Origin: Bacilli bacterium
Lineage (GTDB): Bacteria; Bacillota_I; Bacilli_A; RFN20; CAG-826
Direction of reading: 5' to 3'
Length of the DNA stretch: 64,000 bases
NCBI GenBank assembly: GCA_017468925.1
Contig: JAFUHI010000016.1
Span: 15,769 to 79,768 of the forward strand
In this document: positions 28,340 through 38,378 of the stretch, in pieces
How positions within the stretch are numbered: the stretch's first letter is position 1
Layout: each line of letters starts with the position of its first letter
Program-made: the position numbers and the translations under genes
The notes under the pieces: generated by a model
Databases searched by the model: none
What the model was told of the DNA's origin: nothing
Seen by the model: only the letters and a program-made list of their open reading frames with translations

Positions 28340-29641
28340 ATGGAAAAAGAAGCAAAAGTTAAAAACGTATTCACAAATAAGAATTTCGTCTTGGCGTTCC
28401 TTGGCGCGCTTGTGTCTAATATGGGCGGAATCCTATATAGCTTTGCTGTTAGCTTTTATATTCTTTCCCTGACTGGCAATGACGCCTTTATCCAGGGCTT
28501 ATATTTAGCGACTGGTGGCCTTACTTACACTATCGTTGTTTTGTTTGGCGGAGTTATCTCCGATCGTTTTCATAAAGGAAAAATAATGTATATATGCGAC
28601 TACGCTAGAGGCGCATCAATCATTATATTAACAGTATTATTAATGACGGTTATTACGGGCAACACGGGTAAAATCGTTGCCTTATTCATCTTAGCGGTCA
28701 TCGGCAACTTTATAGGCGGCATATTCTCCCCTGCTTCTGGCAGCTTACTCCCACATATCGTGCCCGAAGAATCATTCCAACAAGCGCAGTCTTACTACGC
28801 CACGATGAATAGCTTTCAATCTATTTTAGGCATTGTTTTAGCAGGTATCCTATATAGCGCCGTTCCAATCAATGTATTGTTCCTAATAGTCGGTGGTTGT
28901 TATTTACTCTCTGGTGTTTCTGAGATGTTTATTAAATACGACCACGTCAAGTCAGAGGAAAAACTCACAGTCAAAGCAGCGTTTAATGATATTGGTACCG
29001 CTTTTAAATATGTAACGGGGTTTAAACCAATTCTATATTTGATCATCGCTATCTTGTTTGTTAATTTCTTCTTCTCGCCAGTAGGAAGCAATTTCTTGCC
29101 ATATTTTATATCCACCGATGTTGCTAGTAACGATTACATATTCAAAGACATCATGGAACCAGAGATGTGGAACTCCATTCTTTCTGTTGCAGTGTCAATT
29201 GGTTCAATTATATTCGCGGTGGTTATGTCAAACCTAAAGCCAAAAGAACATATCTCCAAAGGCTTAGGTATATCATTCATCATTCTTTCTTTTGTATTTG
29301 CCGCTTTAACTATCCTTTATGTGTTATTTGTTAAGAACATCATCGACATTAATTCATTCCTAATTTCAACAGTAGTGATTTGTTTCACGCTTGGCGTATT
29401 GCTTGTCACGATCAACATACCTTCAAGCACCAAACTGATGTCAATGGTTGATAAAGATAAACTTGGCAAAGTCATGAGTTTAACTGATATAGGCAGCCAA
29501 GGCTTGATTCCTTTATCCAATTTCTTAGGGGGCTTGGTTATTTCCTTATTAGGAGGAAGTGCTTTATTAATCGCCTGCACTGTTGGTTTCGCCTTAACGA
29601 CAGCATTCATTGTCTTCAACAAATACATCAAACAATTATAA
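28340..29641 (+). CDS. MFS transporter (MFS_3 / macrolide-efflux-like)
   Basis: 433 aa, 12 TM, with GGVISDRFHKGKIM after TM2. Confidence 0.7.
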   Translation: MEKEAKVKNVFTNKNFVLAFLGALVSNMGGILYSFAVSFYILSLTGNDAFIQGLYLATGGLTYTIVVLFGGVISDRFHKGKIMYICDYARGASIIILTVLLMTVITGNTGKIVALFILAVIGNFIGGIFSPASGSLLPHIVPEESFQQAQSYYATMNSFQSILGIVLAGILYSAVPINVLFLIVGGCYLLSGVSEMFIKYDHVKSEEKLTVKAAFNDIGTAFKYVTGFKPILYLIIAILFVNFFFSPVGSNFLPYFISTDVASNDYIFKDIMEPEMWNSILSVAVSIGSIIFAVVMSNLKPKEHISKGLGISFIILSFVFAALTILYVLFVKNIIDINSFLISTVVICFTLGVLLVTINIPSSTKLMSMVDKDKLGKVMSLTDIGSQGLIPLSNFLGGLVISLLGGSALLIACTVGFALTTAFIVFNKYIKQL

Positions 29642-29862
29642 AAAGCCGCTGAATGAAAAAAGTGGGAACAACCTCCCACATCCCGATGGACCCCAGTCTC
29701 CTGTGCCCAAAACCATATTATCATAACTACCCTATTTTGTTCTCTAATAATCTAATGCTACAAAATCAATTTAGATTTTGAAATATAATCGCAACAAACA
29801 AAATTAGTAAACCACGAGATGTACTCGTGCTTTTTCAAACATTTTAAGAAGATTTAACTATC

Positions 29863-29892
29863 AAAAAAGGTGATACATATTCGTGTACCACC
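29863..29892 (-). terminator. Intrinsic terminator after LRR lipoprotein gene
   Basis: Minus strand: GGTGGTACA-cgaata-TGTATCACC (9 bp including one G-U) followed by TTTTTT. Confidence 0.65.
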
Positions 29893-29913
29893 TTCAATGC
29901 TAATTATTAATCA

Positions 29914-32193
29914 TTAAACACCATAAGAATAATTGATCGTGAAATATTTATAAGTATCAAGATGATCGAACCCTGATGCCCAACCCGGTTGATTTTCCGC
30001 GAATGGCGTAAAGAAATAGATAGAACGAGATCCAAAGAAAGCATCTGCTTCAATAATTCTTAAATTCTCTTTCGTGTAAAAATATAAAGAATTTTGCGGA
30101 TAATTGGAATTGTTGAAATTTTTGAAAGCACTATATCCAATCTTTTCTAAAGATCTAGGGAGTTCCACTTTTGTTTCGGGAATAATGGCATCATGGAATG
30201 TATTAGCGGAGATGGTTTTGACGCCTTCATCAATCACCAAGGAATTGAGATGTTGATAAGCAAAGGCGGAATTATAGGTAATTTCTCCACCGACATAGGC
30301 ATCGGTTTCCACATCATTGAAGAAAGCATTAACGACATTGCCATAAATATCTCTTAAAACATTGTTATCGACGACAAATGCTTTATTATTTTTATCCAAA
30401 GCAATCTTAGAAGAAGCAGTTTTATTAGCGAAAGCATTAATATCGATGCCTAAGATATTCGCGCTGATATTAGTGGTGCCAGTCGCACCTTGTAACAAAT
30501 AGAAGGCCTTACCACTACTCTTGTCATTCACAGAAGTATTACCGCTGAATAATTGTGTACAACCACTGAAAGCATCATAAGGAATGTAATCAACATTATC
30601 TAAACCACCGTTATCCATATCGAAATAGAGGTTTTGTAATTTCCTACAATTCATGAATGCTTGGGCACCGATAGCACTTAATTTATTACCTAATAAGTTG
30701 ACGGTTTTTAATTCTGTACAATCTTTGAAAAGGCCAGAATTTAACGCCACGATGTTTTGGGAAATATTCGCTTCGGTAATCGATTTAGAAGTTGGTTCCA
30801 TAGCGATAATGTCTTTACAAACACTATTGCCTAAAGTACGAATGCCAGAATAGTCATCATATGTTCTCACATTTGGTAAATCTTGGAAAGCATCTTTACC
30901 GACATGAGATAATTGGACATTCTCAGAAGTGCCGATATTGAGCGAAGTCATTTGTGTACAACCCATAAAGGCTTCATCACCAATGAATTGAATTTCATCG
31001 GAGAAAGATAAGGATCTCAAAGCGGTACAATTCTTGAAAGCACGATCCCCCACTCTTGTCACCGGAGAATAGGCATCAGTATGTAATAAAGAAATGGATT
31101 CAAGATAAGAACAATCCATAAATTGTTCATCGTTAATGTTACCGCCTTTAATGATTAAACTCTTAAGAGCGGATGGCATATGAGCAGCATCAACCGCGAA
31201 TAATTCTGGAAGAGTATCGAAGGAATCAGCAGAGATATTCAAAGTATTAATACCGCTGCAGGAGAAAGCGCCGGATAAAACATGAACATATCTATTATTC
31301 ACTTCATAAGAACCTTTATGACTTGGCAAAGTATAAACTAAAGTGTTCATACTACCTAAATCGCCATTTTCATCTATATGATATGTTGTATTGCCTTCAC
31401 CGACAGTGAGGTGAGTGATAGAAGGACAATTATCGAAAGCGTGCTCTTCAATATAATTGATGGTGCTAGGAATGAAGATGGTTTCTAACTTATCATGGCC
31501 AGAGAAAGCACCGGCTTTGATACCTTTCACAGGAACGCCATCAAAGACTTGAGGAATAGCGACATTGACATCGTTACCGAAATAACCGATAACGGAATAA
31601 TATTCGTTATAGCCATGGATTTGATAGACTAAACCAGTTGTACGATAAGTAGGAGAATAACTTGGGTTATAAACAGCAGTATAAACGGCATCCGCTTTAA
31701 CATAAGTGATTTCGGGATCCCAACCCGCAAAAGTATAATCCGCAACCGCGTCGGATGGTTTAGTTGGTGTCACACCATGATAAGTGGGCATCGAGCCATA
31801 ATCTTCTCTCGTATTTTGTAATACTGTGCCATCATAATTCTTGAAAGTAACAGTATATTTACGAGCGATTTGATTGTATTGGGCATAGGTTGTAAATGAT
31901 TCGGTAACATTGGTTAAATCACGATCCCAACCCGAGAAGACGAATTCATTCATGGCTGTGGCGGGTTTAGTTGGAACATCACCTTGATAGACAGCGGTTT
32001 CTCCCTTTTCCACTTCGGCGGCGTATAAAACCAATTCATCAAAGTTTTTAAATGTAACAGTAAATTTTCCTGTGACACTAGATTCGCTTGTGGGGGTTTC
32101 AGCAGAACCACCGCCTTCTTTATTGTCGCAACCGAATAATGAGGTAACTGATAAGACAGCGATCGATAAAATTACATAAAATCTGTTTTTCAT
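29914..32193 (-). CDS. Surface lipoprotein with Listeria-Bacteroides repeats and BspA-type leucine-rich repeats
   Basis: 759 aa. Lipobox SLFGC. Two FTVTFKN..FVFSGWD / YTVTFKN..YTFAGWD repeats, then repeated IPSTINYIEEHAFDNC..L-type LRR_5 units. Confidence 0.75.
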   Translation of the reverse strand: MKNRFYVILSIAVLSVTSLFGCDNKEGGGSAETPTSESSVTGKFTVTFKNFDELVLYAAEVEKGETAVYQGDVPTKPATAMNEFVFSGWDRDLTNVTESFTTYAQYNQIARKYTVTFKNYDGTVLQNTREDYGSMPTYHGVTPTKPSDAVADYTFAGWDPEITYVKADAVYTAVYNPSYSPTYRTTGLVYQIHGYNEYYSVIGYFGNDVNVAIPQVFDGVPVKGIKAGAFSGHDKLETIFIPSTINYIEEHAFDNCPSITHLTVGEGNTTYHIDENGDLGSMNTLVYTLPSHKGSYEVNNRYVHVLSGAFSCSGINTLNISADSFDTLPELFAVDAAHMPSALKSLIIKGGNINDEQFMDCSYLESISLLHTDAYSPVTRVGDRAFKNCTALRSLSFSDEIQFIGDEAFMGCTQMTSLNIGTSENVQLSHVGKDAFQDLPNVRTYDDYSGIRTLGNSVCKDIIAMEPTSKSITEANISQNIVALNSGLFKDCTELKTVNLLGNKLSAIGAQAFMNCRKLQNLYFDMDNGGLDNVDYIPYDAFSGCTQLFSGNTSVNDKSSGKAFYLLQGATGTTNISANILGIDINAFANKTASSKIALDKNNKAFVVDNNVLRDIYGNVVNAFFNDVETDAYVGGEITYNSAFAYQHLNSLVIDEGVKTISANTFHDAIIPETKVELPRSLEKIGYSAFKNFNNSNYPQNSLYFYTKENLRIIEADAFFGSRSIYFFTPFAENQPGWASGFDHLDTYKYFTINYSYGV

Positions 32194-32204
32194 AATGCCA
32201 CCTC

Positions 32205-34529
32205 CTACATAGTTTGGTTAAACAGGTAGGTATTGCTAGTATTTTCCCCCTGTTTGCCATCAAAGTTTTTATCCCATGTTTCGGGAATTTGACTACCTTG
32301 GAATTTTAAAGTGAAACGATAATCACCCACAAAAGCGCAATCGCCAGTATAAGCCAACTTATTATGAATTTTCAAAGTGACACTTGCGTAGATGCCATTA
32401 AAGAAAGCTTTTTCACCAATATATTCCAAATTATTATTAAATTTCAAAGTGTTGTCTAAGTGGCAATAAGAGAAAGCGTATTCACCGATATAACTAATGA
32501 AATAATCTCTACTTTCATTAGAAGATAATAAACCAAAACTAGTTAACGGGACGTTATAGCAACAATATGGTTCAACATCTGCTAAGTAAGGATAGTTGCC
32601 TAAATTAAAACTGTTTGTGTTAACAATAGTTACATCTCTTGCGACTCGCACAATGTGATAGCTATAAGCTAAAATTTTGCTTTTATATACATCATATTTG
32701 CTATTGCCTTCACTGCCGATCGAAATGGTATCAAAACCATTTCTTAAAGCATATGGATCAATAAATTTACATAGTTTGCCTAAAGTGAAACCACCGCAGT
32801 TCTTCAATAAATTGACGCAACAATATTTATAATCATCACCACTATCTCTAACCCATAACCAAGAAGAATCACTAGCTTCAGGATCGTATTTCGTACCAGC
32901 AAAAGCTTTATAGCCAACATCTTCTAAAGTCGCTGGAAGATAATGTTTTTCTGTATATAAATCCAAAACCGAACATTGATAGAAAGCTTTTTCACCGATG
33001 GAAATTAAACGTTCGCATTGTTCAAAGTTAACATCAGTCAATGTTTGGTTCTTTTCGAATAAATAATCAGGAATGGTTAATGTGTCTGCAGGAACAACAA
33101 ACTCTTGCTCCAAATCAGCAGTCACTCTCACAGGAATTTGATATTTGTGAGTTTCGTTACCTAAGAAGACAACGCCTTGATGCAAATAACCTCTAAGGTT
33201 TTCACAACCCGTAAAGCAGTCCTTACCAATTCTATTGATAACTAAATCGCCAAAACTTAAGGTCACATCTTCCAAAGAAGAACAACCCATAAAAGCTTCC
33301 GCACCAAGAGAGGTAATTTGTGAAGGGATGGAAATACCTCTTAAATTGGTACAGCCTTTAAAAGCGGCGTTTCCAATATAATCGCCAAATTTATTTTCTT
33401 CAGCATCTTCTGGTTCGGCATAGATAGTAACGGAATATAGATTGGTCATATTTTCACATTTTTTATCTGCGATATAACCGGAGGTAAAAATTAATTGCTT
33501 GACATTGTTATTGTTATTTTCACCAAAAATATAATCACAATACAAGAAGGCGCTTGCTGATACTTTTAAGATTGTCGCATTAGTGTGATCTAAAGCACCA
33601 TCTTCGATAGAGAAATAATTCTCGCTAATCTCTAATAAGTCAACTTTTCCACTTGGAACGTATAAAAGGTGAGGATAAATCTCTTCATCTTCTTGTCCTT
33701 GATGCCAATATTCATTGTAATAAATAGCGCCTGTGGAATCTAAAGCATAAACCGTATTGCCTTCTTCAAGGATAAAGGATTCAAATGATTCCATACCGCG
33801 GAAAGCATAAGGTTCTATATGAGTAATAGAATTAGGGATGGCAATTGTTTTAACGTGTGGAGCATTAATGAAGGCATCCGCAGCAATAGTAGTCACAGGA
33901 AGACCACTATAAATAGAGGGAATATCGACATGTTCATCTTCACCATAATAATTGATAACGGCGAATTCACTCTTACCATCTAAAACTTCGAAGATTAAAC
34001 CATCGGTGTAAACACTACCACCTCTAGTCATCGCTTTTTGACGATATGTAGTATTTTGGAATACTTCTTTCACTTTTTCATTTGCGATAAACCCTTCTGG
34101 AACAACAGGTTTTTGACCATATTTAACCATTTGAGTATTAATCACTTCGCCATCGCTATTCATAAAGCGAACTTCGTATTCTCTTAAAGTTTTCTCATAT
34201 TTTGCTTTAGCGATTGTGGCTTTTTCTTTAGCGCTATAAGTGACATCCCAACCAGCGAAATCATAGTTAAAACGATCATCGCTATGTTTGGCAGGAATTT
34301 CGCCATCATAAGAATAAGATTCTTTTGCATTGATAGTTTTTAATACTTGACCATCGAATGTTTTATAAACTATCTTTTCTCCCTCATCATAAGGAACAAC
34401 TTTTTTCTTCGCTAAAGAGATCATAGCGTCTTCTTTAGTTTGAAAATCTTCTTTTTCTTGTTTTTTGCATCCGGCAATAGCGGTGACCGCTAATGTAGCA
34501 AAAAGAAAATATAATAATGTTCTTTTCAT
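32205..34529 (-). CDS. Surface lipoprotein with Listeria-Bacteroides repeats and BspA-type leucine-rich repeats (paralogous architecture)
   Basis: Start moved to the ATG at 34529 (MKRTLLYF..), which has a GGAG SD. Lipobox IAGC. NYDFAGWD repeat and IPNSITHIEPYAFRG..-type LRR units. Confidence 0.75.
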   Translation of the reverse strand: MKRTLLYFLFATLAVTAIAGCKKQEKEDFQTKEDAMISLAKKKVVPYDEGEKIVYKTFDGQVLKTINAKESYSYDGEIPAKHSDDRFNYDFAGWDVTYSAKEKATIAKAKYEKTLREYEVRFMNSDGEVINTQMVKYGQKPVVPEGFIANEKVKEVFQNTTYRQKAMTRGGSVYTDGLIFEVLDGKSEFAVINYYGEDEHVDIPSIYSGLPVTTIAADAFINAPHVKTIAIPNSITHIEPYAFRGMESFESFILEEGNTVYALDSTGAIYYNEYWHQGQEDEEIYPHLLYVPSGKVDLLEISENYFSIEDGALDHTNATILKVSASAFLYCDYIFGENNNNNVKQLIFTSGYIADKKCENMTNLYSVTIYAEPEDAEENKFGDYIGNAAFKGCTNLRGISIPSQITSLGAEAFMGCSSLEDVTLSFGDLVINRIGKDCFTGCENLRGYLHQGVVFLGNETHKYQIPVRVTADLEQEFVVPADTLTIPDYLFEKNQTLTDVNFEQCERLISIGEKAFYQCSVLDLYTEKHYLPATLEDVGYKAFAGTKYDPEASDSSWLWVRDSGDDYKYCCVNLLKNCGGFTLGKLCKFIDPYALRNGFDTISIGSEGNSKYDVYKSKILAYSYHIVRVARDVTIVNTNSFNLGNYPYLADVEPYCCYNVPLTSFGLLSSNESRDYFISYIGEYAFSYCHLDNTLKFNNNLEYIGEKAFFNGIYASVTLKIHNKLAYTGDCAFVGDYRFTLKFQGSQIPETWDKNFDGKQGENTSNTYLFNQTM

Positions 34530-34619
34530 AGGAGGAACTCCTTTTATCCTATTAAATTTTAATAATTTAAAGGAGTGCTTTATATCCACCAAACGGATGA
34601 TTTTATATAAATATTGATA

Positions 34620-35246
34620 TTATTTATCGTTTATAACGATACCTAAACCACGTGCTTCTGCGACTAATTCAGTTCTTGTTTTAAAGCCAGTCTTTTCCAT
34701 TAGATGTTGAATATGACTTTTAACAGTGGCAGGAGATATAAATAATCTTTCTGCAATCTCGCTATTAGTGTCCCCGGTAGCGAGTTCTTTTAAGACATCT
34801 AATTCCCTTTCAATAAAATCATGATTTGTCGCGTTACCAATCTTAATAAGTGGGGTGGTATCTGGATAGATATGTTCTCCATTCATTGTTCTTTTCATGA
34901 CGTCGATAAGGCTATCTTTTTGTCCATCTTTATACCAGAAAGAATCCACGCCTATCGCTCTTGCTCTAGAAAGCCAAGAATATTCAGGCATTGAAGTAAC
35001 AATGATTATCTTTATTTCAGGGAATTCTTTTTTGATTTCTTCTGCGGCTTGGAGCCCACTATGGCCAAGATCAGTCATAACATCCATAAGGATTAAGTCA
35101 ACTTTATTGTTTTGACAAATTGATAAAGCCGTTGAAGCATTAGAAATAGATAAAACATGTTCAAATTCTTCACTTGAATCAATATAAATTCTAAATAGTT
35201 CACGAGGAATGTTTTGATCCTCAACAATTAATACTTTATACGCCAT
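34620..35246 (-). CDS. NarL/FixJ-type response regulator (REC plus LuxR HTH)
   Basis: Start at MAYKVLIVEDQ. Phospho-acceptor region DLILMDV. HTH TNSEIAERLFISPATVKSHIQHLMEKTG. Confidence 0.85.
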   Translation of the reverse strand: MAYKVLIVEDQNIPRELFRIYIDSSEEFEHVLSISNASTALSICQNNKVDLILMDVMTDLGHSGLQAAEEIKKEFPEIKIIIVTSMPEYSWLSRARAIGVDSFWYKDGQKDSLIDVMKRTMNGEHIYPDTTPLIKIGNATNHDFIERELDVLKELATGDTNSEIAERLFISPATVKSHIQHLMEKTGFKTRTELVAEARGLGIVINDK

Positions 35247-35297
35247 AACTATTATGATGTTACCACTCAAAAGGGTTATTTAATATCCGCCAAATGG

Positions 35298-36518
35298 CTA
35301 GTTTTCCTTCTTAAATGTAACAATCAAAGTGAACTTATCACTTACTAAATGAGATAAGGAGGCACCACTATTTTCTAAGATTCTTTTTAAGTTAGATAAC
35401 CCGCCAGAATATGAGATATCTTTTTGTGGAATATCTCCATCGTTAGTGAAATAACATTCAATTTTATCTGCATTTTCTTTAAATGAAATCAACATGGTCG
35501 TTGTGGATGCGTGTTTAGATGCATTAGTGAGAGCCTCATTAAAAGCAAAATGGAATAATTCTTGTTCTGTTTTATTTAATTTATCTAATAGATTATTTTC
35601 CCATATTAATTTGATATTTAACGCTTTTGCGAGCTCCTCAAAATCATCATGTTCTTCATTAGATTTATTCAACAATAAAGCGTTTTCTTGCCACTCTGAA
35701 AATATCTTATCTATTCCTTCTTCATCATTGACGTCTATCGCCACTGCAGAAAGCATTAATCTATTCATTTCGTTATGAACATTGATTTTGGTTTGTAATA
35801 TTTCTTTATGTCTAACGATATCATCAATCGCTAAGTTATAGGCTTTAAGTTCTTCGTTTAATTTAGACAGTCTTATCTTATCTTTTTCTAATAGCTCAGT
35901 CTTTTGATAAATGTTTGTGATATCAAAGGCGATTATCTCATGAAGTTTTTCTTTTTTAATCTCAATATCTCTAAAAGAGAATCTATAAACCTTATCATCG
36001 ATTCTGATAATATCTTCAGTTAATTTGGAAGCAAATATATCGCCGTTTAATAATTGCGATCCAGTTAACGAAATTGATATATCATTCATCAAAACATTAT
36101 AGAATTCCACTCTTCCGTTATCTTTATAGCAACATATGCCGCAAGGGATATTATCTAAACAAACCTTAATAGAGTTAGGGGTGATATTCTTCTTTTCTTG
36201 TCTAATATTGAATACAAGCAAGAATGTGCTCACTGATAGCAATGCAAGAGAAACAACGAGCCACCACACCCAAGAGATACTAGTAAGAGATAACGTTAAT
36301 GATGATATTGTGTCTGCTTCTTTGTTTATCAATAAATCAAAGATGACTTGCCACATTAAATACGATGGGATTAATGAAATAAATGAAACAATCGATAAAA
36401 CATATCTTCTTTTGCCTATGAACAAAACAATATTAGTTAAATAGATAATACAAAGTATTAAAGATAACAACGAGAAGAAAGAAACCATCAAGGGAGATAA
36501 ATCATAAATATTCATCAT
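35298..36518 (-). CDS. Membrane histidine kinase (HisKA_3-like H-box plus HATPase_c)
   Basis: 406 aa. About 3 N-terminal TM helices, a coiled coil, KINVHNEMNRLM, N-box FNEALTNASKHA and G-box GGLSNLKRILE. Confidence 0.7.
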   Translation of the reverse strand: MMNIYDLSPLMVSFFSLLSLILCIIYLTNIVLFIGKRRYVLSIVSFISLIPSYLMWQVIFDLLINKEADTISSLTLSLTSISWVWWLVVSLALLSVSTFLLVFNIRQEKKNITPNSIKVCLDNIPCGICCYKDNGRVEFYNVLMNDISISLTGSQLLNGDIFASKLTEDIIRIDDKVYRFSFRDIEIKKEKLHEIIAFDITNIYQKTELLEKDKIRLSKLNEELKAYNLAIDDIVRHKEILQTKINVHNEMNRLMLSAVAIDVNDEEGIDKIFSEWQENALLLNKSNEEHDDFEELAKALNIKLIWENNLLDKLNKTEQELFHFAFNEALTNASKHASTTTMLISFKENADKIECYFTNDGDIPQKDISYSGGLSNLKRILENSGASLSHLVSDKFTLIVTFKKEN

Positions 36519-38185
36519 TTAATGTCTCCTTTTTTCACGTTGAAATAGATGTATGAAACATCATCTTCTTGTTTGACATCCACTTTAATATCATTATTTT
36601 CTAAAATAGATAATTCTTCTTTAGATAATAATGTCTTCAGATTCTCAATAATCAATTTGATAGTGATTTGCTCATTTGCCGAGATATTTACAAACACGCC
36701 TTTAGCGGATGATAAATTATTTTCAATAACACTAAAGAATGACTCAAATACTGAAATTGCGTCTTTAGTTTTAATTAAAGCCTTTGATTCGCCAACAAAT
36801 TCTCCTGGAATTTTACAGATATTTAGATAACGTAAAACTTCCGCGATTGATATTCCTAGCTCACCCACTTCGATATATTCATTCTCTTGAGACAATATTG
36901 TGAGGTTTGCGTACCTCTTAATATATGAGCCCAATAAAGTAATGTGATTTCTATTCTTATCTTTTAAAGACAAATCATTGGATTTCTTCGCTTCTTCAGC
37001 GAGATTATATATCTCTTGTGACTGTTTTTGAGTGTTTTTAGCGATGATGTCATAGAGTAAAGCTCTTTGCTCAATCTTAGTTTCTTTTTCTTTATTGTCG
37101 TTTTGCAATTTGATGATTTGACTTTCTTCTTCAAGACCTTCATTTACTTCTTCGAGCTGTTCATTAAGAAAATCTAGTTCACTAACATCACTTTGGAAAA
37201 AACCATATCCTCCAGGTATTTTCATTTTATGAAGGATGATGTGCTCACTTGTTCTAGCCCCATCATCTAATAAAAATTGTTCTTTATTTAATTTTTTCGC
37301 GGACTCTGATAAATAAATAGCGTCACCACTTTCGTTGGTAATTTGGATGTTTATCGGCAAATTGTTAAATATTTCTTTATATGCATTATTCGTAGGGATA
37401 AGTCCTAATTGAATGCAACATTCTAAAATTAGCGCGATTGTAAATACATGGGCTTCAGGGAATTCAATAATCGCGGATCCGCCTATTTTTGGCATTGTCC
37501 CTGTTAACAACAAGATGTACATAACAATACCAAAGATGATTGGAATAAGAAATACCCACACATTTCTTTTTGAAGCACTGATACGACACTTGATAATTAA
37601 AATTACTATGGAGGCCACTAATAAGGAGAATTGGAATGCGTATAAAACATAGAAAAGCCAACCATGACTATAGTCATCATTCCAATTTTCAAAATTTGGA
37701 TTAAATCTAAAGATTTGCTGATGTAAATCATTTGTTAAAACCAGGATTATTAATATCGATGTGATACCTAAAAAGACGTACCACAGTGTTGATAAAACTT
37801 TATTCGATTTTGGAGAAATTGAAATTGAAATATTGAACAAGAATAAAGGTATTAAAAGAATTGGAATGTAATATAAATACCAACTATACCTCGCTAAAAC
37901 ATCGACTTGGGAGAAAACACTATATTTGATGCCTCTAAGCAGAACTAAAGAAAAAGCCATCCATGATAATAACTTCATCATTAATGATGTCTTGTTATTG
38001 GGAACGACACGATGGGAATAATAAAGTATTAAAACGATTGAAAGAAGTAACAAAAATATAACTGTTATATTTCGTGTTGGAAAGTTATTAATAATGGGTC
38101 CAATCGAAAGAAGTATATTTATTCCTAAAAGAGTAAAATATATCAAAAATCTTGCAATAATCTTTTTAATATCATTCATAGTCAA
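36515..38185 (-). CDS. Polytopic (about 7 TM) sensor-like protein with coiled coil and degenerate kinase-like C-terminus
   Basis: 556 aa. Its stop overlaps the HK start (ATGA). The H-box position reads RALLYD, with no His. VIENNLSS is N-box-like, but I see no G1/G2 boxes. Confidence 0.5.
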   Translation of the reverse strand: MTMNDIKKIIARFLIYFTLLGINILLSIGPIINNFPTRNITVIFLLLLSIVLILYYSHRVVPNNKTSLMMKLLSWMAFSLVLLRGIKYSVFSQVDVLARYSWYLYYIPILLIPLFLFNISISISPKSNKVLSTLWYVFLGITSILIILVLTNDLHQQIFRFNPNFENWNDDYSHGWLFYVLYAFQFSLLVASIVILIIKCRISASKRNVWVFLIPIIFGIVMYILLLTGTMPKIGGSAIIEFPEAHVFTIALILECCIQLGLIPTNNAYKEIFNNLPINIQITNESGDAIYLSESAKKLNKEQFLLDDGARTSEHIILHKMKIPGGYGFFQSDVSELDFLNEQLEEVNEGLEEESQIIKLQNDNKEKETKIEQRALLYDIIAKNTQKQSQEIYNLAEEAKKSNDLSLKDKNRNHITLLGSYIKRYANLTILSQENEYIEVGELGISIAEVLRYLNICKIPGEFVGESKALIKTKDAISVFESFFSVIENNLSSAKGVFVNISANEQITIKLIIENLKTLLSKEELSILENNDIKVDVKQEDDVSYIYFNVKKGDIK

Positions 38186-38324
38186 AATTTTACTAATTAT
38201 TTCCCTATTATTCCAATATAAATGATGCGACTAATAAGTGGCCAAAAGCACCATGGCCTCCACCACTATAAACGTTCTTTATTTTTGTCTAGAAGTGTTG
38301 CACTTGAGCGGTAAATTCGCCTAT

Positions 38325-38356
38325 ATAACAAAAGGGCTGGGGATAACCCCCAACCC
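38325..38356 (-). terminator. Strong intrinsic terminator after the 804-aa surface protein gene
   Basis: Minus strand: GGGTTGGGG-GTTAT-CCCCAGCCC (9 bp) followed by TTTTGTTATAT. Confidence 0.7.
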
Positions 38357-38378
38357 TTCATGTTTTAATCAAAGAGGA

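Noticed and set aside
269-37661. Short antisense or overlapping ORFs in the AT-rich parts, for example 269..496, 774..1253, 3365..3601, 13402..13722, 14581..14925, 16002..16340, 17271..17528, 24240..24548, 29317..29724 and 37413..37652.
   Set aside because: They are embedded in longer ORFs that have clear family motifs and are probably not coding.
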